From positions 248,001-312,000 of the forward strand of contig CT868241.1 of the NCBI GenBank assembly GCA_000165425.1: a DNA stretch of 64,000 nt, given 5' to 3'. This document shows positions 13,901-29,217 of this stretch, piece after piece (within the stretch, counting starts at the first letter, position 1; each line of letters begins with the position of its first letter). The stretch comes from Paramecium tetraurelia. Lineage: Eukaryota. The notes under the pieces were generated by a model. It saw only the letters and a program-made list of their open reading frames with translations. It ran no database searches and was not told the DNA's origin. The position numbers were made by a program, and so were the translations under genes.

Positions 13901-16196
13901 ACATAATTTTGTGCAAACACTAACAGGATTTGCAGGTGTAGGTGTAGGAGGAGGATTTGAATTATCACAATCATAACCAATGTCTACCTTACAATTTGTA
14001 CAACCTGTTGTTCCACTTCCTATATCACATTATTCTAGATCAGGAGCACTGGATTCCAGTTTCCCATTTCCGCAATTCTTAAAACAATTTATAGGTCCTG
14101 CTAGTGGTGTACAATAATATAAATCCTCTATAGTTCCACAATCAGCTGAACATCCATCTCCATCAACATTATTACCATCATCACATATTTCTCCTGTATC
14201 CCAAATATGATCACCACAAGCTAAATAACAAGTGTCCTTTGTGGTTGCCGTTCCCCCTGAACACTTGTATGTTGGTGAGTTAACAGCACAATTAGCACAT
14301 CCTGGCCCTTAAGCTGCAATTGGAACAGCAACCAGATTACCTTCATCACAAGTCTCTCCTGCATCTCTCTTACCATTACCACATCGAGTACATACAGATG
14401 TCGCAGGATCACCAACATAATTACCTCCACAACTAGCACTAATCACACATGAGTTAGCAGCAGGCATGATCAAGAAATAGCCGGTGTTGCAGGCATTGCA
14501 ATTACCATTAGCAATACAAGAACTGCATTTAAAATCACAACTTCGACAAAGATCTACTGTCCCTGCAGTATTCGATAATGCATTAGCACCAGCGGTACAA
14601 GATGCGACACAATTACCTTCATTCATCAATAAAGGAGATTTGCATATTAGACAAATTTAACTACTGAAACTATTCAAAGAAACCTAACAATCACCATTGC
14701 AATTCAAATAATTTGTATCAGTTCCATCCTCATCTACATAAACTGTATATTTATTGAAAATATTGATATTTGATAACTACAAATTTCCACTAGAGAAAGA
14801 ATTCAAAGAACTTCCTAGTATTATGGTATCAGTTGCACTTTCTTAATAGGAATTACTTAAACTAGTAGTTTGATGTGCTTAATAGACACCTTTCTCTAAA
14901 GTTATATCATAAATGATTTGAGATTATTCTGTCAATGACCCTGGATACAAAATAGTACAAGTAATATGATGCCAAACATTAGTATTGTGTAAAATGAGAG
15001 CTGGTTGGAATATTGTAGTTCCAATCTTCAATTTAGTACCAAGTTGAGCTGCATTTGCTTAATAAAATAGTAGTGTAAGCACTTCTGTTGTACCTTGGTA
15101 ATTCCTTTTAAACACTTGCATATCTTTAGTTAAATCTACATTGTCTGCATCTCCTGATAAAACAGCTGTTGCTTTAAACCAAAGAGCTATTCCAAATATT
15201 GTGTTCGTACTCCCGAATACTACTGCTGGCAATTTTACTGTTTATGTTGATACAAACTACAATAAACCAATGGTTGTTCCCCAAGTAGGATCACTGGTTT
15301 AAACCGTATTATCTGTTCCTAAAAACCCTTACTTTGTCATATCAATTTTATTATACACTACTTAACCTGTCATCTCTTCTAATCTAAATCTAGCGAACAA
15401 AGAAACTGAATAGCTTGGATCCAAGAACATCAAGCCGAACCAATTATGCTTATAATCTAGTTCAATGTAGTCCTTCAAAATTGATATAGATCGAACTTAA
15501 CCATAATGATATTGATAGGCTGATCCCCAATACAGGAGTTACATCACTGCCAACGATGTCAATGAGGAGTGAAACCCAACTGCTTCGGTGATAGGCAGAG
15601 GATTCACAATTACATTAGGAGATGCAGGTTAAAAGGCGTAATAAACGACTTTCCCTTTAGAGTATGACAGTCCAACTGATCCGAAACACCATTTCTACTC
15701 CAAATATGGAAAAGGGGAATTCACCATAACACTTGGAGTGGAAGCTTTTGCGTATCTGATTTAAAACTATGTTGTTTATGTGTAATCTGCTGTATAATAC
15801 ATACCTAGTCGAACTCCTTGGTTAGTAATCAGACTTTCATCAGAGGTATCCATTGAAATTCTAAATATGGCTTGTTCAGGTTTAGTGGGTTCAGTACTAT
15901 CAGCCAGGTTTGTATGTTTAATGGGTGGTCGGAACCACAAGCTAAATATAATCTTTATATATCAACTTGATCATAAACGTATCTAAGGTATCAAAAAGGA
16001 ACGTTGTAGGATCATTCGTCAATTTAGGTTGTAATTAAATGTAATCTGTTGTTGCTGCTGGTGTTGTTCCCAATCCAACTATCACATCTGTTGCTGATAA
16101 TATTTCTTAGTAATATGCTGCTTTCTTAACTCCGCAAACAGTATCATAAGGTTAAGAATTTACTGTATATGCTATTAGTAATACTAGTAATATCAT
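10925..16196 (-). CDS. Large surface/membrane protein: signal peptide, LamG-like domains, furin-like and Myxococcus-type Cys-rich repeats, multi-pass C-terminal TM region
   Basis: Signal peptide MILLVLLIAYTVNS; LamG-like SLWFRP / IALWFK / VWHHITC; about 9 CG(D/N)G..E.CD(D)GN..DGC repeats; CxxC..GYY repeats; several hydrophobic helices at 11100-12100. Confidence 0.85.
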
Positions 16197-16570
16197 TTTA
16201 TTAAATATATAATAAACTCCAATGATTTTAGGATGGTAATCGAATAAAATGTAGTTTTGAAATCAAAATACTAAAAGCGATAATCTCTATATCTCAATTG
16301 CTGTTTTAGAAGTTAACTTAAATGTTATTGATAAACATTTGCTAAAAGTAATCGATTTTTTTAGATCCTTTTTGAGAATATTTAATATGGTGCAGATATT
16401 TAATATGATGCTTTTACTTCAAAGATCAAATACTTATGTAAAATAACAAGAAATTTATAGTGCCAAATCCAATCTTACTTAAAACTTTGAATAAGACACT
16501 AAAAATGAAAGAATAAATCTAGATGAGAAAAATTGAAGTGAATGTTGTATTTAAAATGTTATTATATATT

Positions 16571-17551
16571 TCATAAGAAATATGGTAAAACATTTTTGGG
16601 GGGTTGACTGGCAGCAGATTCTGGGACTTCTTTGAACATTACAAAGTCTCTTTTCAAATTTTCATCAAGAGAAAGCATAGAAGCTGCATTACCACATCTG
16701 TAGCAATAATTTGGGGCTGACCATACAGTTACAAGTTATTCCTATGATAAATTATGATCTTACCTCAAACCAGTATTAGTAGCCATCCTAAACTAATTGA
16801 TGTGCACGAGCAATTAATTCTAAGCCATTAATATGATTAAAATCATGTGTCACCTTTTTACCAAATATCCAACCTGCTCCTCTTGTATTTAGTGCCCAAG
16901 TATCTACTTCTTCTGGATCTGACCACATCAAATCACAAAATGGACCTTCATGAGGAATTTCAGTTTTTCGATCTATTATAGAATATCAATCATCCTTACC
17001 TATTGTTCTTATTTAATCGATTGTTCTTAACTCTGGAGAAAGACCTCCATGAACACACAAGACCTTTCCATCTACCAGAGCTCCCAAAGGAAGATAGTCG
17101 AAAACATCTGTAAAATATCGCCAAGGATTAGCATTCCCGTACTTTCTCACAATTTCGTCATAGAAACCATAAACTTAAGTAATTTGTCTTGATTCATGGT
17201 TTCCTCTCAATAATGTAATGTTGTCTGGGTATTTAAGTTTCAAACAAAGCAAATACTCGAATGTCTCGACAGAATTGTATCTACAATCAAAAATCTAAAA
17301 TACCCACGATCAACAAAATCCCCAATAAATATATAGTTGGCATTTGGTATCTACCCTCCCTTATTGAATAGCTCCAACAAATCAAAGAACTGCCCATGAA
17401 TGTCTCCGCAAATTATTACTGGGGCTTTCACCTAATGAACATTTGATTCCTCTATAAAAATCTCTTTTGCATGCTCACAAACCAAACGAACATCTCTCTC
17501 TGTCAAACAACGAGCATTTCTTAAAGTTTCTAAGTATTTATCGATATCCAT
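16571..17551 (-). CDS. PPP6C: Ser/Thr protein phosphatase, PP6/Sit4-type catalytic subunit
   Basis: [77 protein letters not shown] and C-terminal PYFL. Confidence 0.9.
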
Positions 17552-17848
17552 TTAAAATTTTAAATTAATTCTCTCGTATAATAAATCATCTCTAATATTT
17601 ATAAATATTCAAAATTTATAATATATAAAACTTAACCTTATAATATGTAATATAACAATATCCATTATGCTAATTAAATGGATTTCATATTTTACTTTCC
17701 AATAATTCTAATTTTAAATTACAACATTCCTTTAATTTATAAATGATTCTATAGTGATTGATAACTTTGTATGAAAGAATTATAGAAATATATTTTTTAC
17801 ATAAATCTAATTTAATATAAATTATAATCTACTCATTCAGCATATTAA

Positions 17849-19616
<1,768 letters not shown>

Positions 19617-19841
19617 TAAATAAAAATATAATCTTAAGAAATTAGAAAATCGATTTTAAAATTTAGAAAACCTTCAAATTTACATTCTTTTCCTATCATT
19701 ATATTTAAATTACAAAAAATATTCAATTTATATACAAGTGGATGGAATTAAGTTGAAGCAAATAATAAATAATAAATAAAAAATAAGAAATAATTCAAAC
19801 TTATATTAATAAAGTGCATAATTATATAATTTAAATTTAAA

Positions 19842-22800
19842 ATGGAAGTTGAATTACATTAATAAATCCCTCCATAACTCAATGTACAAGTGGCAATTAG
19901 GGTTCGTCCTTTCAATGAAAAAGAATTGAAGTAAAAAGAAGGGGTGTGTTTGGAGACATCCGAAAAATAAGTAACTCTTCTGCAAAGCGCTCGTTTGTTC
20001 ACATTCGATTATGTTTTTGATTAAAATGCTTGCCAAGAGTAAATCTATAGAAAGTACGCTTAGTAATTAATCATAGGTGTGTGAGCAATTTGGTTTAGAG
20101 GTGCTTTGAAGGTTATAATAGTACCATTCTTGCGTATGGGCAAACTGGATCAGGGAAAACACACACTATGGGTACTACAGGGATAGATTGTTTGTCAAGT
20201 ATCGCAGATTATCTATAAAGATAAAAATAACTTGGGGATGATTCCAAGGGTTATCACACACATTTTTGAAGAAATTGAAAAAATAGACTAAGAAATCCTT
20301 ATTTCATGTTCATACTTGGAACTATACAATGAATAAATAATTGATCTCTTGTTGGAGACTTCAATATCCAGTTAACCTACTATCAGAGAAGAGAAGGATC
20401 ATACAATAACAATATTAAATTTAACTACAATATTAGTAAATAATCCAAATGAAATGCTTTAAGTATTAAATAGAGGAGCTGTCCATCGGACAACTGCAGC
20501 TACATAAATGAATATGACAAGTTCTAGATCACATGCAATATTTACAATCTACTTTAAAATAAATCCTAAGGACGATTCTGAGGATGGTACCTTAAATGCA
20601 AAATTTCATTTTGTTGATCTTGCAGGAAGTGAAAGATTGAAGAAAACTTTGGCCTAGGGGAAAACAATGGAGGAAGGAATCAACATAAACCAAAGCCTTT
20701 TAGTCTTGGGCAATGTGATCAAGACTTTGAGCGATTAAAAAAAGAAAAGTTAAACTCATATTCCCTATAGAGAGAGTAAATTAACTAGGTATTAAGTATT
20801 TAATAATAATAGAATATTGTAAGATTCTTTGGGAGGTAACTCCAATACTTGTATGATAGCATGTGTGTCTCCTGCTGAAAGTAATTATGAGGAGACTCTT
20901 AATACTTTGAAATATGCTTCAAGAGCAAGGGAAATTTAGAATAAGCCAACCTAAAATAGAGTAACTATATAATTAATAATCATAGGATCCCCATGCAATT
21001 TAAATTTTAAGTTTGAAATAGGAGATTGCAACATTAATTGAATAAAATAAACAGTTTTAAGAATTGCTTCATACAAATGGAGTTAAATTCGATCAAATTA
21101 AAAAAGTGTCAGTATCACAGTATTCTTCAAATATTCCACATACTTGTGAGGAACATCTAGAGATAATTCAAAAATAGAAACAAGCCTTACTTGTATGGGA
21201 ACGTCTTGGATCTCAGCATAAATTGGAGGTGCAAAAATTACAATCTTTAATTAACGATTTAGAAATAGAATTACATAATTTAAAGAAGAAAAAAGATATC
21301 ATTTTTAAACAATTCTAAGATGCTAAGAAGTAAATCACTATGTTAATTTAGAATTCTGTAAAAGTTTAACATTCCATTCACTAATTATGAAGAAGATGAT
21401 GAAATTGAGGATTTGTATGACGAAGTTGATAAACTAAAATAAGAAACAAAGGAAAAAGATTATAAAATTCTAACTATGTAGAAGGAAATAGATGAGCTAT
21501 TACAGGTAGTTTTTATTGTTTATATACTAGGATAGGATGCACACAGAGATCAATACATCTTGTGTAAAAAATAGAAGGAGTTGATGGTTCTTCAGAGGAA
21601 ACTTGAAAAACTAGATACAAGGGATAATTTTGAATCTCCAATCTAAGATTCAGAAGTTGATGAAGAAGTAATTTGTAATGATTCCATGATCAAAGAGGCT
21701 AATTAACAAATTGAGGAGTTTGAAAGCAATTTATAGGTTATGACAATTAGAAATTTTGAACTTAAACGGCAATTGGCTGAAGATATGAAAAAGGAATTTC
21801 AATAACAAATTTCTGTATTAGAGGCTTAAAAGTCTTCATTAATGAAACAAGTAAATTAGAAATAGGATGCTACTTAATTGAATGCTTTGAAAGTTAAACT
21901 ATAGGAATATGAATCCAAGATTGGAGAGATGAGATAAAAAGAATAAAATATGAGACAGATGTAAAAGAGATTGGAAGAATAAGAAAACTAGGTTAAAGAT
22001 TTAAAGATAAATATAGAAAAAATGAAAAAATAGAAAGTAGAATTAATTAAAAAAATGAAGTCAGATAATGAAAAGTATATCAAGGATAAAGAAGAGAAAT
22101 AAAAAGAATTGATTTTAATTAAAAAACTTAAAATTTAACAAGAAGCTGCCTTAAGTAAGTTGAAAAATGAAAATTGTAAAAAAGAAGTACTTCTTAGAAG
22201 AAAGGAGGATGAAATATTAAAGTAGAGAAATGAGAAAGTTATTGAAAAGGGGACAGGTCTATCATTTAAGAAATCTCAAAAAGTGTAAGCTTATGATTCA
22301 ATGGAGAAATAAATAGAATCTTTATTCTCTTAGTTGATATCTGGAGGATAGGCAGAAATCTAAATATAAAGGGAAATCATCAAGTTGGAGTAGTTATAAG
22401 AGGAAATAAGTTAAATAGAATAGAAAATTTGTTAGTTATAAATCAAGAGAGAATAAACATCATTTGATTAGAATAATAAAAATAGTTTAAATTAGATAGA
22501 ATTAGAATTGAGCGATATCATAATCATAAGAGAAAATATAAATGAGACAATCGATTATTAGTTGCATAAAATAGAGTAATTAAGAAAGAGTTGCAATAAT
22601 TGTAATGAAATATATACAAATTTCTTGACCAATTCAGAATTGAGAGAACTTCCTAATTGGTGTATTAGAACCTTTAAATTTGTGATTGATAATTGGATTA
22701 AAGATCATTTGCAGATGCAGAATTTCAGCTAATAGAATGATGAATTTTAGCAAATAATTCAAGAATTACAACAATAACTATAAAGGCCACTTTAGGAGAC

Positions 22801-24267
22801 GAATTGCAACTCACCTACTCTGAAAAAGAAGATTGTCAAATAACAAATTTCTTCTTAACCTAGTGATGCTTTGGAACTCAGAAAGTAGCTTAATGATCAA
22901 AAAAGAAAGTATTAATTCTTATAGAATGAAAATAAAAATATGATATCGGATTTAGAATACTATAAGAAATTCTACACAGAACATATAAACAAAACATAGA
23001 AGGATAAATGCATAGGTTTAAATGATTAGGCTTAAATTCCCTAGAGTTAGAGTTATCAGTAGATAAGGGATGCTTATAAATTGGAAAGAACCAAACAGAA
23101 GGAATTATCCTTGAATTTAAGTTTTTAAAAGCCATACATATAAAATTCTGCTCTCAAAATGGCCAAAGTATGTAAGTCAGAAAGAGAGGGATATACTGAT
23201 CCACTTAGTTAGGCATAAGAAGAATAAGAATTAAGATATGAGTATTAAATGATTTTTATTTAATAGTGTAATTAAATCAATACCTGGCCATGAAAATCCC
23301 ATATTGTGTGTGTACACAATGTAAAACCTATTATGTTCAAGTGCTTTTAGATCTGTAAAGATATGGGATATGGATGCACAATCTCATGTTGTATCTTTGG
23401 ATGCAAACACTCATGTTAAATCGATTTGTCATTGGCCTGAGAGGAATGCAATTGCAGTATCTCACGGATCCTAAATCTCATTGTACGATGTGACTTCGTT
23501 TTAACTATAGAGTGTATTGAAGTCGTCAATTGATGAAATAAGAGTGATGACAAGACACAATGGCTTATTAGTTGCAGGTGGAAAGGGCATTAATTATGCT
23601 ATGAATGTTTGGGATGCAAGATCAAATAAGTATTGATAATGATATTCTTAGTTAAATTCATGAATTTGAGAAGTCAAGTGATGTTATGTGCATACAACAG
23701 TCTGATTAGACCTAGGAGTTAATTTGGGGAACCTTCAATCACAATGTGAGGAAAATGATGATGAACAGTAATAAATATGGTTAGATTGCATAAATGACAC
23801 CTCCACATTATGATAAGGTTACTGGAGTTGGTCTACTTGATAATTGGATAGTGAGTTGTTCCTTTGGCAAAGGAATGAGGATGTGGAACTAAGTGAATGG
23901 TTAATAAGGATAAGCAAATTCTGATATCCATAAAGATTCAATCTTAACTATGGCCAGTATAATTATTGATTTATTATTATTAGTTGACAAAACCCTTAAG
24001 GTCATGTATACTGGATGTAAGGATGGATAAATTAAAGCCATTAGGATTAGTGAGAACAAATTCTAACTTGTTAGTGATATTAGTGCTTCTGTCTAATAAA
24101 TTAATTCTCTAAATATCATAAATGATAGTTCACTAATTGTAAGTGGTGGACAAGATAGAATGATTAAAATATGGAAGCCTTCTAAATTTACTTTTGATTA
24201 CTTAAAATAGTTTACTCCAAATATTGGGGATTTCATTATAGAGGAAGATCAATACCTATTTAGTTGA
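19842..24267 (+). CDS. Kinesin-4 (KIF21-like): motor domain, long coiled coil and C-terminal WD40 repeats
   Basis: [62 protein letters not shown]-terminal [36 protein letters not shown]. Confidence 0.92.
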
Positions 24268-24416
24268 CTATTATTTATTTGATATTATACATAACAATTT
24301 AGATTATGCAAATTAATTATTGATTAATTAATGTTAGATTGTTTCAAACAATATTTACAATTAATAAGAATATTATAAATTATTATTTTTAGCAAATTTG
24401 ATATTTATTAGATAAT

Positions 24417-24635
24417 TCAGTTTTAAAGTAAGTTACGAAAGTCTTCATGGCTTCTAACCCATTTCTAAGAATTTTATTAAAATTTACCTTCAAGAACTGC
24501 TCTTAATTCATCTTTCTCAATATATCCCGATACATTTTTATCAAATGCCACAAAAGCCTCATAACATTTTTATTTCTCCTTTGCTGTGAGTGTATCTACA
24601 TTAACTTTTTTTAGATCTTCCATATTTATAGACAT
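24417..24635 (-). pseudogene. Internally deleted calmodulin/centrin-like EF-hand gene
   Basis: EF1 (AFVAFDKNVSGYIEKDELRAVLE) plus an intron, then EMGQKP-TGA (24445-24447). An overlapping shifted frame reads EDFRNLLQN-TGA, resembling the last EF-hand helix. Confidence 0.7.
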
Positions 24636-24860
24636 TTCTAATCGCAAAAAAATAAAAATAATTAATAAAAATATTAGTTGGAATTCAATTCATTTTAAAT
24701 ACATTAATTAAATAATTTATGCATTTGAGTAATCATTTCTTATATACTTACTTGTTATCTCAATACTATTTAAATATATATAAACTGAGTAGAAATGTTG
24801 AAATTAAGCAGATTTATGATAAATCTCTTATAAATAAATTTATAAAAAGGTAATAATAAT

Positions 24861-25791
24861 TCAAAGTTAAAATGTATCAATATTACAATTCGCATGTCCA
24901 TATTGTTTGCAGGCCAAACAAATTATTTAATTGTTTCCTTTGGTTTAAACTGGCACAATTATTCCACAATCTTCAGCCTTATGACTAGTTTTCCCACAAA
25001 ATGGGCAAAATGTCAGTCTCAGTTTAATCTAATAATGATATTTAAATGAATACTTTACAATCATATTTTCGATGACCACTACGATTGCATCGAAAACAAG
25101 AAAAATTAGTGCAACTCTCACCATGATGTTTTTCACTCAAACAATAAATGCATTAAACTCTTTATTTTTCAGTACATTAATTTTCTACATGTCCAACTTA
25201 CTTACATCTGAAACAAAAATTAAAGCAGTTTTTTTAATAATATCTATTTAAACCGATTTCTAGTTCTTATTTTAAATTTTATTAAAAATCTGTAAGATTA
25301 GTTCCTTAAACAGAGTCTTCTTTTTTCTCTTCTATAGTCTCTTGTTTCTAATTAATGATTTTTGATAGTTTTTGATTCAGAAATTTGTTTGAAGTAGTTC
25401 TTTATTTCCCATCGACTTAATATCTGACCTAAATATCTTTCTTTGAGGGGTGAGAATCAAGCACAAAATCTAACATTTTTGTTTTGTTTTTATCATGCTA
25501 TTATTTTTCTTTTGAAGGAGATGTTATAGATTATAAGCTTTTGGATATGCTTGAAGAGGATGAAGAACTATCTGAGTAGGAATAATCACATTAACTTTTT
25601 GCTGTTCTTTTTCTATTAGATTAGTGGATCTAAATAGGCTTGATGAAAATATTCTTGACGATCCCATCTATTGCTTAACTTTTTTTTACATCAGCATTAC
25701 TATTGCCATTCTTGGAATTATCATTTTTTTACTACTGTGCATCTTCAGGATTTTCTCCTTAATCGACTGGATTTAGGTCTAAATAGATCAT
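24861..25791 (-). CDS. Five-CCHC zinc-knuckle protein, Air1/Air2/ZCCHC7-like (TRAMP)
   Basis: NRYY preceding CFRCKQVGHVENQC, CIYCLSEKHHGESC, CFRCNRSGHRKYDC, CPFCGKTSHKAEDC and CLACKQYGHANC. Orthology is inferred from architecture only. Confidence 0.75.
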
Positions 25792-26594
25792 TAATGTAAA
25801 ATAATAAATATCAACTATTTTAATTTAAAACAGTCTTCAATGCTAAATAATACAAGCAGACTAATTTAAAAATATAATATTATAAAATTAAATGTTAATT
25901 TATTAAACAAATTAATATATAATATATTTAATCTTAGCTAATAGGATAATTAGATGATTATCAAGCAGTAGGTTTAGCCAAAAATAAAATAGTCCTTTTA
26001 TAAACTTAATTACCTAATATATTTTGGCAGCGTTAAAGCATATAAAATGGCAATTATTGGCAAAAAGTGATAGAATAATTTTTTATTTTATTACAGTAAT
26101 TGATTAGGTAGTCTCTATTTATTGAAATTTTTATTTTATTAAATTTAATATTAAGGTCATTGACTTTAAAAATAATCAGAAATAACTTCTAAATATCGTA
26201 TATGTATTAAAGTATACCCGAGTAAAAATATTTAATTTTAATACAATAAACATCTCTTAGTTGAAGATCTAATATTAATGAAAATATATGTTTCATACGA
26301 GAATAACAACCCTCCAAGTAAAATTCATTATTGTTGCAGATAATAAAGCATTTTCCAAGATTTAGTATCTTACATACTAAACAATTTAATAATACTGGTT
26401 AATTTTTATAACATGTAATAAATCAATTATATACACTGTTATTATAAAATTTATAAATTATATATATATTGATTGTTGAGTCAACATATAATTATTTATA
26501 TCTGATTTTAATGTCTAAATTCTGTTACTTTAATTTATAATAAATGATGGTATATATTATAATGAACTATTTCTATTTATGTATTATATTTAAT

Positions 26595-28539
26595 TCAATG
26601 AAAATATTCATCATACAAGTAAATAAACATCTTTACCAATATTAAATTATCAATAAATTCAATATGGGCTGCCCTTCCAATAAATTTATCCAATTTTCTA
26701 TGATAATAGTAATTAATACTTTTTAGTTATTAAGAAATTAATATCAAATCGATCTATTTTTCCGCATTTTGATAAAATGTTTGATACTGTTTCATTATAG
26801 GCCTAAACTCTTTGATCGTTTGAGTTCTCAATTTTCTGGATCAGAGCAGAATGGAAAGGCACATAATGATCTTAAAATGAAGACATCAAAACTACATTGT
26901 CAAACCAATTTAATCCTTCTGCCTTACTCAAAGTATATATGTAAGTGTTTTTAATATCTTTATGATCTCTTTAACTTAATTCTTCAAGCGTCTTGCATTT
27001 ATTCCATTTTTGAATCATCATCAATCCAGTATCCACTAAAACACTTTCTGATGAGGCATATCCACAATGAGGTGATCCAAGACTGACATAAGTATGCATA
27101 AACTGTTTAAACTCACTCAATTCAGGAAGTGCTGCCCTTATGATTAGGCCTCCAAGGGAATGCCCAATAAATGACAATCTAAATTCTGTTACATTTTCAT
27201 CATTTATAAAGTTTGAGACTTCGTTGGCTAGTAATTATGCTTATTCCTGAATTGGTTTATTTGAAGTTCCATCGTTGCATGTTGGACAAATCAATCTAAT
27301 TTTATCCTTAAAACGAATTGTCAATATGGATTTCCAGTATCTCATGTCATAGGAAGTACCTTGATATCCATGAACTAAGACGACATAGTGGATAAGGGAA
27401 TTTTGAGATTTCTGCATAAATCCCTTTTAAAGACAAGTATGTTTGAAAATAAATGGATTTGCATTTAGTGGTTGGAGCAATTCGGCATATTTAATTGCAT
27501 CAAGTTCTTAAGAGTTAATTTGACTTCTGTATTGTTTTGCTTATTCATGATTGTTTCTTCCGTTTAAAAGAGCCTGATCTAGTTGTTTAACTTCAGATTT
27601 ATTTAAGAAAACGCAATTTTACCACCTTTACATCATTTGACATAAATATTCCTATTCCAATTAGTCTTAGAGCTTTTGATGGTTCTCCTTGATTGCATTC
27701 ACGAGTTCACACCATAACATATACATATCATGATGAAGATCATGTAAACTCTATTGATGGATAAGAATATACTTGTATAATTTAATCATCTATTTCTCTG
27801 TCATTTAAATCAAATTACTTTTCCTAATATTTTAACTAAGTGAGTTTCTTTTCGTTCTGTAGACTATCAAGTTGTTTGACTAATTATTTCCTATTATCCA
27901 ACATCAAATATATAGACTAATTTAAAAGCTCTTATAATTTCTCTTACGTTTGGAGTTCTGCAGCTAATTACTGTTTTGTAAATGAAAATTGAATTGGAAT
28001 TGTATGGATTTAAGTTTCTAATAAACAAAAGTGAGCTGAATCAAACTCAATAGGATAATAAGCTTAATTATAAGTTAATGTATTAGAAACTGTTAAAGTG
28101 GCTCTGGATATGATTTGCATTTATTATTTAATTGACAATGCAACTTCCTTCAAATTATCGACAAAAAGATCTCCTAAAAGCTTTTTATCTAGAAACAACA
28201 ATTCAATGACGATTTCAATATTTTGAGTTTCTTATTATCGAAATACGCAACCAATATTAGTAGGCATTTCTTCATCCTCATATCGAATCAAGAACCCTTA
28301 TGAATAGAAATATTTATCCTCTATGTTCTCTTCGTAGAATACAAAATTTTTATCGACCTCATTAGTAGTATACGGATCACGTCTTATTGAATTGAAGATC
28401 AAATAAGGCTAAGCTTCTGGCTATTTAAGATGAAGAGAATAAATACTATTTGAACTCTTATCTAATAGATTCCTTAAGTGAAGAGATCAATGTTTGTGAA
28501 TTTCTTAAAATGAATTAAAACCTCAATCTGTGATTTCAT
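26595..28539 (-). CDS. FAM135-family protein (C-terminal DUF676 alpha/beta hydrolase)
   Basis: N-terminal IHFKKFTNIDLFTQGIYQIR; HYVVLVHGYQGTSYDM; SFIGHSLGGLIIRAAL; YVSLGSPHCG; QDHYVPFHSA; IGRAAHIEF. Confidence 0.9.
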
Positions 28540-28563
28540 GTTAATAATATTTATTATTAATAT

Positions 28564-29171
28564 TCATTTGTCTTAGACTGTCTTAATAAGCCATTCCATT
28601 CCTTCTTGTAATCCTTCCTGGGTTTTAGCTGAACATGCGACAATCGACCATTATCTATCTGTAATTTTATTTAATTTCAAACTATCAGAGATCTGAATTA
28701 AGTAAGCATACTAACCTCATCTGCGGGAAGAGCTTGCACCAAATCTTATTTATTTGCAAATACCAAAAGGGGCACCTTCTTTAATTCAGCCTCTCCTAAT
28801 AGTTTGTCCAATTCCTTGCCTCCCTCTTCCAAACGCATTTAATCTGATGAATCGATAACAAACACCAAAGCATCTGTGTTTTCATAGAAATTGCTCCAAT
28901 ATTCACGTAGTTTCTATGATGCACTAAATCAATACTTCTTGACCTCCAACATCCCAAACATTCAATTTGAATCCTTCGTGTTACAAATTTTTGATATTAA
29001 AACCATGTGTGGGAGCAATTTGATTGATGTCCTCGTTAGACAAAGCCTTCAGAATAGTAGTTTTACCGGCATTATCTAATCCTAAGACTAGAATTCTCAA
29101 TTCCTTTTCTGACTTTTTGATCTTTCGAATGATATTCAACAATCCCTAATTTTACCATGAACACATACCAT
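28564..29171 (-). CDS. ARL3: ADP-ribosylation factor-like GTPase ARL3 (ARL2/3 family)
   Basis: [56 protein letters not shown]; 3 introns, the first directly after the ATG. Confidence 0.85.
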
Positions 29172-29217
29172 TCTTAAAGATTTGTTTTAATATTTTTATT
29201 TATTATTTATTAATAAA

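Noticed and set aside
13407..13976. Plus-strand ORFs rich in S/P/H
   Set aside because: They are antisense to the Cys/Gly/Asp repeats of the large surface protein.
12600..14400. Regularly spaced repeats (ccatcatcaca/tttccaca) suggestive of a CRISPR-like array
   Set aside because: They are degenerate, codon-phased protein repeats (CGDG/CDDGN) in a eukaryotic gene; there are no identical direct repeats or cas genes.
24445..24447. In-frame TGA as possible selenocysteine or readthrough in the EF-hand gene
   Set aside because: The downstream in-frame sequence shows no EF-hand similarity, and a shifted frame explains it as a deletion junction.
25800..26590. Long AT-rich intergenic stretch as a possible ncRNA/snoRNA locus
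   Set aside because: No convincing tRNA cloverleaf, paired C/D boxes with terminal stem, or ORF visible by eye; an Infernal/tRNAscan search would be needed.
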